A program made the position numbers and the translations under genes. DNA of 64,000 nt from Trueperaceae bacterium (GTDB lineage Bacteria; Deinococcota; Deinococci; Deinococcales; Trueperaceae): NCBI GenBank assembly GCA_965215565.1, contig CBDCDZ010000004.1:992001-1056000 (forward strand), read 5' to 3'. Shown piece after piece: positions 30,366 to 39,090 of the stretch. The notes beneath the pieces are model-generated. The model was not told where the DNA came from. It saw nothing but the letters and a program-made list of their open reading frames with translations, and searched no databases. Numbering within the stretch: the stretch's first letter is position 1; every line of letters begins with the position of its first letter.

Positions 30366-30536
30366 ATGGATAAGGATGAGAGGTTGGGAGATGTGCGAGC
30401 GTCCAGTATTTCTAAAGCTAGGACGCTCGAGGCAATAGGTAAATTCTGGAATGAGCACGATTTTACGGAGTTTGATACGGATGCGCCGGATATTGATTTC
30501 GACATTAATCCTGATCTTCGTATAAGGACGGAGTGA
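30366..30536 (+). pseudogene. Short BrnA/CopG-like antitoxin N-terminal fragment (56 aa)
   Basis: SSISKARTLEAIGKFWNEHDFTEFD; lacks a DNA-binding C-terminus. Confidence 0.5.
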
Positions 30537-30544
30537 GGTGAGGA

Positions 30545-30700
30545 ATGAACACCTATACAGCTGCCGTTAAGCAGCATGATGAATGGTGGATTGGTTGGAT
30601 TGAAGAGGTTCCTGGGGTGAACGCGCAGGAGCGGACGAGAGAAGAACTCCTAGCAAGTCTCAAAGAGGTTTTTGAAGAGGCGCTCGAGTTCTCAAGGTAA
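30545..30700 (+). CDS. Short HicB-family antitoxin (51 aa), no hicA nearby
   Basis: YTAAVKQHDEWWIGWIEEVPGVNAQERTREELL. Confidence 0.7.
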   Translation: MNTYTAAVKQHDEWWIGWIEEVPGVNAQERTREELLASLKEVFEEALEFSR

Positions 30701-31513
30701 ATGAACTGGTTTTATAACGAACTCCAACAAATCGGCGTGGACTTTTCAAGCCAAGCTGAGGTTGAAGCGTATGACCAAAAGCAGGGCTCGAACTCGCCCG
30801 AAGCGTGCCGTGAACTGCTGGCGAGGTTAGGCGTCGGCGCAGAGGATAGGGTACTCGAGTTCGGTACGGCGACAGGCAACCTCACGGTTGAAGCGGCGAA
30901 GCGGTGTCAGCACGCTTACGGGGTGGATGTGTCTTTGCCGATGCTCGAGTACGCGAGGGTGAAAGCTAAAAGAGAGGGAATAGATAACGCGACCTTTGTT
31001 CACGCTGGATTTCTGAGCTACGAGCATACCGCACCACCTGTTGACTTTGTGATGACGAAGTTTGCCCTTCACCACCTCTCCGACTTCTGGAAAGCGAAAG
31101 CGCTACTCAACATCGCGTCTTCACTCAAAATGGGTGGACGCTTGCATATGCAAGACGTTATCTTTTCTTTTGAACCTCGAGAAGCTGAGCGAGAGGTTGA
31201 GGCGTGGATTCGAGAGGTGACAGACTATAGCGGGTTTTCTCGAGCCGAATTTGAGACGCACATTCGCGATGAGTTCAGCACCTTTGATTGGATTGTGGAC
31301 GGGTTACTGAAAAAAACAGGTTTTGAAATTTTAGAGAAAAATGTAGAATCACCTACTTACGCTTCGTACCTTTGTGAGAGAGTGAGCCAACCATGCCCAC
31401 CGAAATTTACGACACCACTCACAACAACCTCTTTAAGCTCAACTTCTCAAACCACTGATCCTGTAGATGGCAAAGGACACCTTCCACAACCTAGTGCGAG
31501 ACGCACTTATTAA
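30701..31513 (+). CDS. Class I SAM-dependent methyltransferase with a probable run-on tail
   Basis: LEFGTATG, FALHHLSDFWK; Ser/Thr-rich tail overlaps xisH. Confidence 0.85.
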   Translation: MNWFYNELQQIGVDFSSQAEVEAYDQKQGSNSPEACRELLARLGVGAEDRVLEFGTATGNLTVEAAKRCQHAYGVDVSLPMLEYARVKAKREGIDNATFVHAGFLSYEHTAPPVDFVMTKFALHHLSDFWKAKALLNIASSLKMGGRLHMQDVIFSFEPREAEREVEAWIREVTDYSGFSRAEFETHIRDEFSTFDWIVDGLLKKTGFEILEKNVESPTYASYLCERVSQPCPPKFTTPLTTTSLSSTSQTTDPVDGKGHLPQPSARRTY

Positions 31514-31883
31514 AGACGGCTGGGAAATAACCCATGACCCTTTAGCCGTTGAGTTCGATACCTTGCGGCAGGTTTTTGTTGACCTCGGGGCTGAGAAAAT
31601 CATCACCGCGCAGAAGGGGAAGCGGAAGATAGCGGTGGAGATTAAGAGTTTTATCGGCGTGTCGCTTCTTCAAGACCTCTACGGAGCATTGGGGCAGTTC
31701 ATGGCGTATCGAACGCTTCTCAAAGAACAAGAGCCTGATACAAAGTTGTATTTAGCCGTACCAAAGGGCGCTTATGAAGGATTTCTAATTCTCCCTTCAG
31801 TTCAGCGCATCCTCAAAGACGCGCAAACACCCCTCATCGTTTACGATGTGGAAAAGGAGACTGTGGCGACGTGGCTCGAGTAG
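31467..31883 (+). CDS. xisH: XisH-family protein
   Basis: MAKD.FH..V..ALIKDGWEITHDP, DLGAE, IAVEIKSF, ALGQF..Y, LYLAVP. Confidence 0.9.
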   Translation: MAKDTFHNLVRDALIKDGWEITHDPLAVEFDTLRQVFVDLGAEKIITAQKGKRKIAVEIKSFIGVSLLQDLYGALGQFMAYRTLLKEQEPDTKLYLAVPKGAYEGFLILPSVQRILKDAQTPLIVYDVEKETVATWLE

Positions 31884-32206
31884 AGATTTACAGAAATATT
31901 ATCAAAGAGGTGCTAACGAAGTACAGTGATGATGCGTCGTTTTTTGGCGTTGAGAACCAGCTCATTTTCGATACCGAGCATGACCATTATCAACTGGCTA
32001 ATGTCGGTTGGAAGGGGCAGAAGCGCTATTTTGGCAGTGTGATTCACATGGATATTAAAAAAGGCAAGGTTTGGATTCAGCACGACGGCACGGAGTATGG
32101 CGTGGCAAACGACTTGCTGGAGCATGGGATTCCTAAAGAGGACATTGTCCTCGGTTTCCATCATCCTTTTCAGCGTCAGTTAGGTGACTTCGCTGTGGGC
32201 GAGTGA
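31871..32206 (+). CDS. xisI: XisI-family protein
   Basis: LIFD..HDHYQL, HMDIK.GKVWIQHDGTE, GIPKEDIVLGF. Confidence 0.9.
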   Translation: MARVEIYRNIIKEVLTKYSDDASFFGVENQLIFDTEHDHYQLANVGWKGQKRYFGSVIHMDIKKGKVWIQHDGTEYGVANDLLEHGIPKEDIVLGFHHPFQRQLGDFAVGE

Positions 32207-33775
32207 TGGTTGAAATCTACGACACCACCCTCCGCGACGGTACCCAAGGGCAAGGTTTCAACCTGACCTCAGAAGATAAAGTCGCCATCGCCAAACGTTT
32301 GGACGCTTTCAGCGTGGACTTCATCGAGGGCGGCTGGCCCGGCTCGAACCCCAAAGACGTGCGCTTTTTCGAGCTGATGAAAGAGGTGCCGCTCGTCCAT
32401 GCACGTTTGGCGGCGTTCGGCTCGACGCGGCGCAAAGGCGTATCACCAGAAGACGACACGAATTTGCAGACGCTTTTGGCAGCAGAGACGCCCGTAGTGA
32501 CGATTTTCGGGAAGTCGTGGAATCTGCATGTGGTGGAGGCGTTGGGCGCGACGCTGGAAGAGAATTTAGAGATGATCCGTGACTCGGTAGCGTTCTTAAA
32601 ATCACAGGGGAAGTTCGTTATTTACGATGCGGAGCACTTTTTTGATGGACATAAAGCGAATGGGGAGTATGCGTTCAAGACATTACGAGCAGCCGCAGAC
32701 GGCGGCGCAGACAGGCTCGTGCTGTGTGACACGAATGGCGGGTCATTGCCGCAAGAGGTTGAAACGCTTGTGACGCAGGTAAGAGAACGCTTCGATGTCC
32801 CTGTCGGGATTCATGCCCATAATGACTGTGAATTGGCAGTGGCGAATTCGCTCTCGGCAGTTCAATCAGGCGCAACCCACATCCAGGGAACCGTCAACGG
32901 CTACGGTGAGCGGTGCGGCAACGCGAACCTCATCTCGGTCATTCCGAACTTAGCGCTTAAATTGGGTTTTGAGCAACCGCAGGATTTAGCGGGGCTTCGT
33001 GACCTCTCGAGATACGTAGATGAACGCGCGAACATGCAGCCGAACTCGAGGGCGGCGTATGTGGGCGACGCCGCCTTCGCCCATAAGGGCGGCGTGCACG
33101 TTTCAGCGGTCAACAAAAACCCGGAAACGTATGAACATATCGCACCGGAAGAGGTAGGCAACAATCGCAATGTCCTCCTCTCTGACCTCTCGGGGCGAGC
33201 GAACGTCTTGGCGAAGTACGGCGACGAGGGTAAGGTGCAAGAGGTCGTGGCGCGGCTCAAGGAGTTGGAGCATCGCGGGTATGCGTTTGAAGGGGCCGAG
33301 GCGTCGTTTCACCTCATGAGCCAAAAGGTGAGAGGTAAGTACCAGCCCTACTTCATCCTGCACGGCTACCGCGTCAATATCGACAAGCGCGATCAGGACA
33401 ACGAGCCGATGTGCGAGGCGACGATTAAGGTCGAGGTGGGGGGGCAGTTGGAGCACACCGCCGCGACGGGTGACGGTCCGGTGAACGCTTTAGACGCTGC
33501 ACTGGGCAAAGCCCTCATGCGCTTTCTACCCGATGCTTAGCACGCTCACGCTCACCGACTACAAGGTGCGCGTCTTGTCCGGTCCCGAAACGGGTACGGC
33601 GAGTGTGGTGCGCGTCCAGGTCGAAGTGACTGATGGCGAGAGTACCTGGGGAACGGTTGGCGCGGATAAAAACATCATCGACGCCTCGTACGAAGCGCTC
33701 ATTGACGCGATTGAATACAAGCTGTTTCGGGATAAGGTCGCGCCTAAGTTAAACCCCGTGGGTGAGAACGCCTAA
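32206..33775 (+). CDS. cimA: Citramalate synthase, split by a frameshift near 33522
   Basis: YDTTLRDGTQ, EGGWPGSNP, HKGGVH, GPVNALD; extra T in CGCTTTCTAC moves the C-terminal DYKVRV...WGTVG segment into another frame. Confidence 0.9.
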
Positions 33776-33918
33776 GATTTGTAGGCAAGAGGTCGTGAGA
33801 AAATATACATTGGCGTATGCAGGGCTCGAGCCACTCAACACGAAGGCGCTTCGAGCTTCTTTTCTGGCACAACCTTGGCAAAACAGCAGTTTGGCCTCTC
33901 TCACGAAGGGAACGCTGG

Positions 33919-34071
33919 TAACAGTTTCCTGACATGATAGGACACGCTAGCACAGATATTATCCCGTGACGTACGTGCCAGACGGTACCTTGTAAACTAA
34001 GAGCGTTCGTGACCAAATGAGGTTCCACTCTCAGGCAAAGCCGAGCGGGACGGCTTCGCTGAGACCTGCTT
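33919..34071 (-). repeat. TAGCAG element, copy D (diverged)
   Basis: Reverse strand AGCAGGTC...CATTTGGTCA...GGCACGTAC...GGGATAATATCTGTGC...AAACTGTTA. Confidence 0.65.
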
Positions 34072-34084
34072 GACATCGTGAAAA

Positions 34085-34114
34085 TTGACACGCACGCTCA
34101 CCGAACGCTATAAT
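34085..34114 (+). promoter_or_regulatory. Sigma70-type promoter upstream of gltB
   Basis: TTGACA-18 nt-TATAAT. Confidence 0.75.
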
Positions 34115-34321
34115 TACCCTTGCGCCGCTCACAATGCAGGTCGCACATCTTCATCACCATGCTTAACAAGTGCATGAACTCTCACAGCATGTGACGCTTT
34201 ACCTCACGACTGTCGAAACTCTTAGAAATTTCAGTCGGTAGGTTGTCTCGTTAGCTTTATTTGTACAGCTTAACTATCTAGTTCAATATTGGTTTGTCCG
34301 GGGGCAGGAAGGAAAGACCTG

Positions 34322-37300
34322 ATGACGAGATATTCTGACTTTCAGTCGTTGGCGTATCCGCACGAGCGCGACGCTTGTGGGGTGGGCTTTGTTGCTGATA
34401 TAGAGGGACGCAGGACGCACAAGATTTTAGAGCACGCGCTCTCGGCGCTCTGCAACCTCTCGCACCGGGGCGCGGTCAGCGCGGACGGGCTCACGGGCGA
34501 CGGCGCGGGCGTCTTGACGCAGATTCCGCACAAACTGTTTCGGCGGGAGTTGGCGGCGCAGGGTATCCGTTTGGAAAGAAACAGTGACCTCGCAGTGGGC
34601 AGCTTCTTCGTCTCGAATTTCGCACCGGAAGAAGAGATTTTTGATCTTATTGATGAGGTTATTACGGACTCTAAGCTCCCCCTCCTCATATGGCGCGACG
34701 TACCCACGAACGACGACGCCTTAGGTGACGAGGCCCGCCGCCGCCGCCCCGTCATCCGTCAAATTTTGCTGGGGCGTCCCGAGGGGTTGGACGATGCCGC
34801 CTTCGAGCGCACGCTCTACCTCACGCGCAAGCGGATTGAGAATAGGCTCTTTGACGCCGACTTGGGTCGCGTTTACATCTCCTCGTTCTCGCATCAAACG
34901 CTTTCTTATAAAGGCTTGATGGTCGCGCCGCAACTGAGCGCCTTCTACCTCGACCTCGCCGACTCCGACTATGAAACCGCGCTCACCGTCTTTCACCAGC
35001 GCTACTCGACGAATACCTTTCCGCGTTGGTCTTTGGCGCAGCCTTTTAGATTTCTAGCGCATAACGGCGAAATCAACACGCTTCAAGGCAATGTGAACTT
35101 TATGCGGGCTCGGGAGATGGTCTTAAAGAGCGGCGTGTGGGGCGACAACACAAACGACCTCATGCCGATTATCGAACCCGGCGGCAGCGACTCGGCGGCT
35201 TTAGATAACGCCTTCGAACTCCTCACGCTTTCCGGGCGTGACCTCTTGCACACGCTGATGATGCTCGTGCCACAAGCCTATGAGGAGAACGCGCAGCTTG
35301 ACCCTGAGTTGCGCGGCTTCTACGAATACCACGCCGCGCTGATGGAGCCCTGGGACGGTCCCGCCGCGCTTGCCCTTTCGGACGGGCGCATGGCGGTGGC
35401 GGCGCTAGACCGCAATGGGTTGCGCCCCCAGCGCTATTGGATCAGCGAAGAGGGCACGGTTGTGGTCGGTTCGGAAGCGGGCATGGTCTCACTTCCGGGT
35501 GAAACCATCATCGAGAGGGGGCGGCTCGGTCCAGGGATGATGCTAGCGGTGGACACAGAAAATCACCGTGTGCTGCACGACGCCGACATCAAAAAAGAGG
35601 TGGCGTCGCGTCAGCCTTATGCACAGTGGATAGATGAGCACATGTTGCGCCCAGAGCCGCAGCCTGACGCGGTTGCGGCGAGAGGTTGGGAAGCGGGTGC
35701 GCTGCTCCGGGCTCAGAGCGTGTTCGGCTACCACAAGGAAGAGATTGAGCGCATCTTCGAGCCGATGGTCTTCGGCGCGAAAATCCCGGTCGGTTCGATG
35801 GGTGACGACACGCCTCTAGCGGTGCTTTCGGAGCAACCGCAAGGGCTGTACCGCTACTTCAAACAGCGCTTTGCGCAGGTCACGAACCCGCCGATTGACC
35901 CGTTGCGCGAACGGCTGGTGATGTCCTTAGAGACCGTCGTCGGACCGCGTGGCAGCATCTTGGAGGAGGATGAGAGGTCGGCAAGGGTGATGGAGTTCGA
36001 CTCGCCCGTGTTGGACGAGGGGACGTTCAACTGGTTGCGCACGCAGACTTTGTATAGGGTTTGCACGCTGCAAACGTCTTTCGAAGTAGCGGAAGGACCA
36101 GAAGCCTTAGAGAGTGCTCTGGAACTCCTCTGCCGAAGCGCAGAAGAGGCCGTTAGAGGGGGCTGCGGCGTCCTCGTCCTCTCGGACCGCGAGGTGGACA
36201 GCGAGTGGGCTCCCATCCCGATGCTTTTAGCGACGGCGGCGGTGCATCACCACCTCTTGAAGCTCGGACTGCGCACTCGCACGGCGCTGGTATGCGATAC
36301 GGGCGAGCCGAGAGAAGACCATCACATTGCGTGCTTGATCAGTTACGGCGCGGCGCTGGTGCATCCCTATTTAGGCTTTGCGAGTGCGCGGGACGTGGCA
36401 CAAAACACTAAGCGCGAAGAACCGATTGACCCCGAAGTCGCGGTGGCGAACTACAAGAAAGTTTTAGAAAAAGGTCTCCTCAAAATCATGTCCAAAATGG
36501 GCATCTCGGCGGTGTCGTCGTACCGAGGGGCACAAATTTTTGAAGCCATCGGCGTGAGTCAAGAGGTGATTGACCGTTACTTCGTGGGAACGCCGAGTCG
36601 CATCGGAGGCGCAGATTTAGAGGTCTTCGGGGCGGATATGTTGCAATTTCACGCCGAGGCGTTTGGCGAGAATCCGGCACTCCAAGACCGAGGCGTGTAC
36701 CGCTTCCGCAAGTCGGGCGAGTACCACGCGCTCAATCCGCTCGTGTTCAAGGCACTCCACAAGGCGGTGCGCACGGAGAGTTTCGAAGCGTTTGAGGAGT
36801 ACGCGAAGCGCGTGGACGAGCGTCCGGTGTGCAACTTGCGCGACCTCTTGCAGTACAAAAAAGCGGACGCGCCCCTCCCGTTAGACGAGGTCGAACCCGT
36901 TGAAAATATCGTGCGGCGCTTTACCACTCAGGCGATGAGTCATGGATCGGTCTCGAGAGAGACCCACGAAACCCTCTCCGTTGCTATGAACCGCCTTAAC
37001 GCCAAGAGCAACTCGGGCGAGGGGGGCGAGGACCCGGTGCGCTTTACGCCCTACGAGCGGGACATGGGCGACTCGGACGCCTACCACAGCCCCTGGCACC
37101 CTAAAGCAGGCGACTGGGGCAACAGCGCCATCAAACAGGTCGCCTCGGGTCGTTTTGGCGTGACGCCGGATTATCTAGTGTCGGCTAAAGAACTCGAGAT
37201 CAAGATGGCCCAAGGCTCCAAACCCGGCGAAGGCGGACAGATTCCCGGTCACAAGGTCAACGAGGAAATCGCTCGCATCCGCCGCTCGGTCCCCGGCGTC

Positions 37301-38911
37301 ACCCTCATCTCGCCGCCGCCGCACCACGACATCTACTCGATCGAGGACTTGGCGCAGCTTATCTATGACCTCAAGCGGGTGAATAAGGAGGCTCGAGTTG
37401 GGGTCAAGCTCGTCGCTACCGCTGGCGTCGGCACGGTGGCGGCGGGCGTCGCCAAAGGCTACGCGGATAACATCCAGATTTCCGGCAACGACGGCGGTAC
37501 GGGCGCGTCGCCTCTCTCCTCGGTCAAGCACGCGGGTGTCCCTTGGGAACTCGGGCTAGCCGAAGCGCAGCAAGTCTTGATCGAAAACGACTTGCGCGGG
37601 CGTGTCTCGTTGCGCGTGGACGGCGGTATGAAGACGGGGCGCGACGTCATCGTCGGGGCGCTTTTGGGCGCAGAAGAGTACGGCTTCGGCACGGCGGCGC
37701 TCGTGGCGGCAGGCTGCGCCATGATTCGGCAGTGTCACCTCAACACCTGTCCGGTGGGTGTGGCGACGCAGCGCGAGGACTTGCGCGCGAAGTATCCGGG
37801 GCAGCCCGAGCACGTCGTTAATTTCATGGTCTACGTGGCGCAGCAAGTGCGCATGATTTTAGCGGAGATGGGCTTTAGAAGTTTGGATGATGTGGTTGGG
37901 CGCGTGGACCTCTTGGAAGCGAAAGAGGTGGCGCTGCCCAAAGCGAAGCTCGACCTCTCCACTATCTTGCGCGACGCGGACCCGACTGGGGAAAAGCCGC
38001 GCCGCTCGCTAGCCAGGCACAATGACCGCCCCGAAGAAGAGGTGCCGCTCGATGAAATCATCTGGCAGGACGCGGTGAATACGGTTCAGACGCAGCAACC
38101 TCTTTTCAAGCGCTATCAGATTACCAATCGTGAACGCTCGGTAGGCGCAAGGCTATCCGGTGAGATTGCCAGAGTCCATCCGCATGGCTTACCCGCCGGG
38201 ACGATTCGGCTTCACATCGAAGGGATTGCGGGTCAGACCTTTGGCGTCTTTAACAGCGCTGGGGTGACGTTAGATTTAGAGGGCGAAGCCCAAGACTATG
38301 TCGGCAAAGGGATGGCGGGGGGTGAAATCATCGTAAGACCGCGTGAAGGCGCTGCGCTCGCCCCGCAGGAGAACGCCATCATCGGCAATACGGTGATGTA
38401 CGGCGCGACGGGCGGTAGCCTCTACGCGGCGGGGCTCGCGGGCGAACGCCTCTGCGTGCGTAACTCGGGGGGACGCGCGGTTGTGGAAGGGTGTGGCGAT
38501 CACGGTTGCGAGTACATGACGGGCGGCGTCACAGTCGTGCTCGGTAAGACCGGACGCAACTTCGGCGCGGGCATGTCGGGTGGGGTGGCGTATGTGCTCG
38601 ACACAGATGGAACGTTTGCGGACAACCTCAACCCCGAGATGGTCACCTTGGAGCGCGTTGCGCCGGGAATTGACGAAGACCTCCTCAGGGCGATGATAGA
38701 ACGTCACGCGGCGCTCACCGGCAGCCCGAAGGCGCAAGCGCTGCTCGAGGACTGGCAAACCACCCTCTCACAGTTCTGGAAAGTCGCGCCGCATCCGAGT
38801 ATGGAAGACGCGGCGGCGGCGGAGCAAAATATCAAGGTGGTCGAGGCGGCGGCGCTAAGGGCTGTGCAACTAGAACGAGATGCACAGCGCGCCAATCCGA
38901 CAGCGCTCTGA
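34322..38911 (+). CDS. gltB: Glutamate synthase large subunit (no adjacent gltD)
   Basis: DACGVGF, HQRYSTNT, HNGEINT, KQVASGRFGV, KPGEGG, CHLNTCPVG. Confidence 0.97.
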   Translation: MTRYSDFQSLAYPHERDACGVGFVADIEGRRTHKILEHALSALCNLSHRGAVSADGLTGDGAGVLTQIPHKLFRRELAAQGIRLERNSDLAVGSFFVSNFAPEEEIFDLIDEVITDSKLPLLIWRDVPTNDDALGDEARRRRPVIRQILLGRPEGLDDAAFERTLYLTRKRIENRLFDADLGRVYISSFSHQTLSYKGLMVAPQLSAFYLDLADSDYETALTVFHQRYSTNTFPRWSLAQPFRFLAHNGEINTLQGNVNFMRAREMVLKSGVWGDNTNDLMPIIEPGGSDSAALDNAFELLTLSGRDLLHTLMMLVPQAYEENAQLDPELRGFYEYHAALMEPWDGPAALALSDGRMAVAALDRNGLRPQRYWISEEGTVVVGSEAGMVSLPGETIIERGRLGPGMMLAVDTENHRVLHDADIKKEVASRQPYAQWIDEHMLRPEPQPDAVAARGWEAGALLRAQSVFGYHKEEIERIFEPMVFGAKIPVGSMGDDTPLAVLSEQPQGLYRYFKQRFAQVTNPPIDPLRERLVMSLETVVGPRGSILEEDERSARVMEFDSPVLDEGTFNWLRTQTLYRVCTLQTSFEVAEGPEALESALELLCRSAEEAVRGGCGVLVLSDREVDSEWAPIPMLLATAAVHHHLLKLGLRTRTALVCDTGEPREDHHIACLISYGAALVHPYLGFASARDVAQNTKREEPIDPEVAVANYKKVLEKGLLKIMSKMGISAVSSYRGAQIFEAIGVSQEVIDRYFVGTPSRIGGADLEVFGADMLQFHAEAFGENPALQDRGVYRFRKSGEYHALNPLVFKALHKAVRTESFEAFEEYAKRVDERPVCNLRDLLQYKKADAPLPLDEVEPVENIVRRFTTQAMSHGSVSRETHETLSVAMNRLNAKSNSGEGGEDPVRFTPYERDMGDSDAYHSPWHPKAGDWGNSAIKQVASGRFGVTPDYLVSAKELEIKMAQGSKPGEGGQIPGHKVNEEIARIRRSVPGVTLISPPPHHDIYSIEDLAQLIYDLKRVNKEARVGVKLVATAGVGTVAAGVAKGYADNIQISGNDGGTGASPLSSVKHAGVPWELGLAEAQQVLIENDLRGRVSLRVDGGMKTGRDVIVGALLGAEEYGFGTAALVAAGCAMIRQCHLNTCPVGVATQREDLRAKYPGQPEHVVNFMVYVAQQVRMILAEMGFRSLDDVVGRVDLLEAKEVALPKAKLDLSTILRDADPTGEKPRRSLARHNDRPEEEVPLDEIIWQDAVNTVQTQQPLFKRYQITNRERSVGARLSGEIARVHPHGLPAGTIRLHIEGIAGQTFGVFNSAGVTLDLEGEAQDYVGKGMAGGEIIVRPREGAALAPQENAIIGNTVMYGATGGSLYAAGLAGERLCVRNSGGRAVVEGCGDHGCEYMTGGVTVVLGKTGRNFGAGMSGGVAYVLDTDGTFADNLNPEMVTLERVAPGIDEDLLRAMIERHAALTGSPKAQALLEDWQTTLSQFWKVAPHPSMEDAAAAEQNIKVVEAAALRAVQLERDAQRANPTAL

Positions 38912-38958
38912 CACCTCTTTTTCGATCCTACCTGCGTCTCGAGATCGATTGATTCTCA

Positions 38959-39060
38959 CGCAGGTATTATCTATAAACGTGCGAGCTAAACAAAGCCTTT
39001 TTCACTAAGCGCGTTTGTGACCAGCTCCGACCAACGGGAGACAGACTTTAGTACCTGCTT
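38959..39060 (-). repeat. TAGCAG element, copy E (3'-truncated)
   Basis: Reverse strand AGCAGGTA...CTGGTCAC...TAGCTCGCAC...GATAATACCTGCG; shares the CAGCTCCGACC..GGGAGACAGACTT module with copy I. Confidence 0.75.
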
Positions 39061-39090
39061 AGGTGGGATTTTTCATTTTTACGCGCTAAT

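Noticed and set aside
28881..30458. 525-aa antisense ORF opposite leuA
   Set aside because: Shadow frame of a GC-biased gene with no recognisable motifs; the same applies to the many shorter antisense ORFs.
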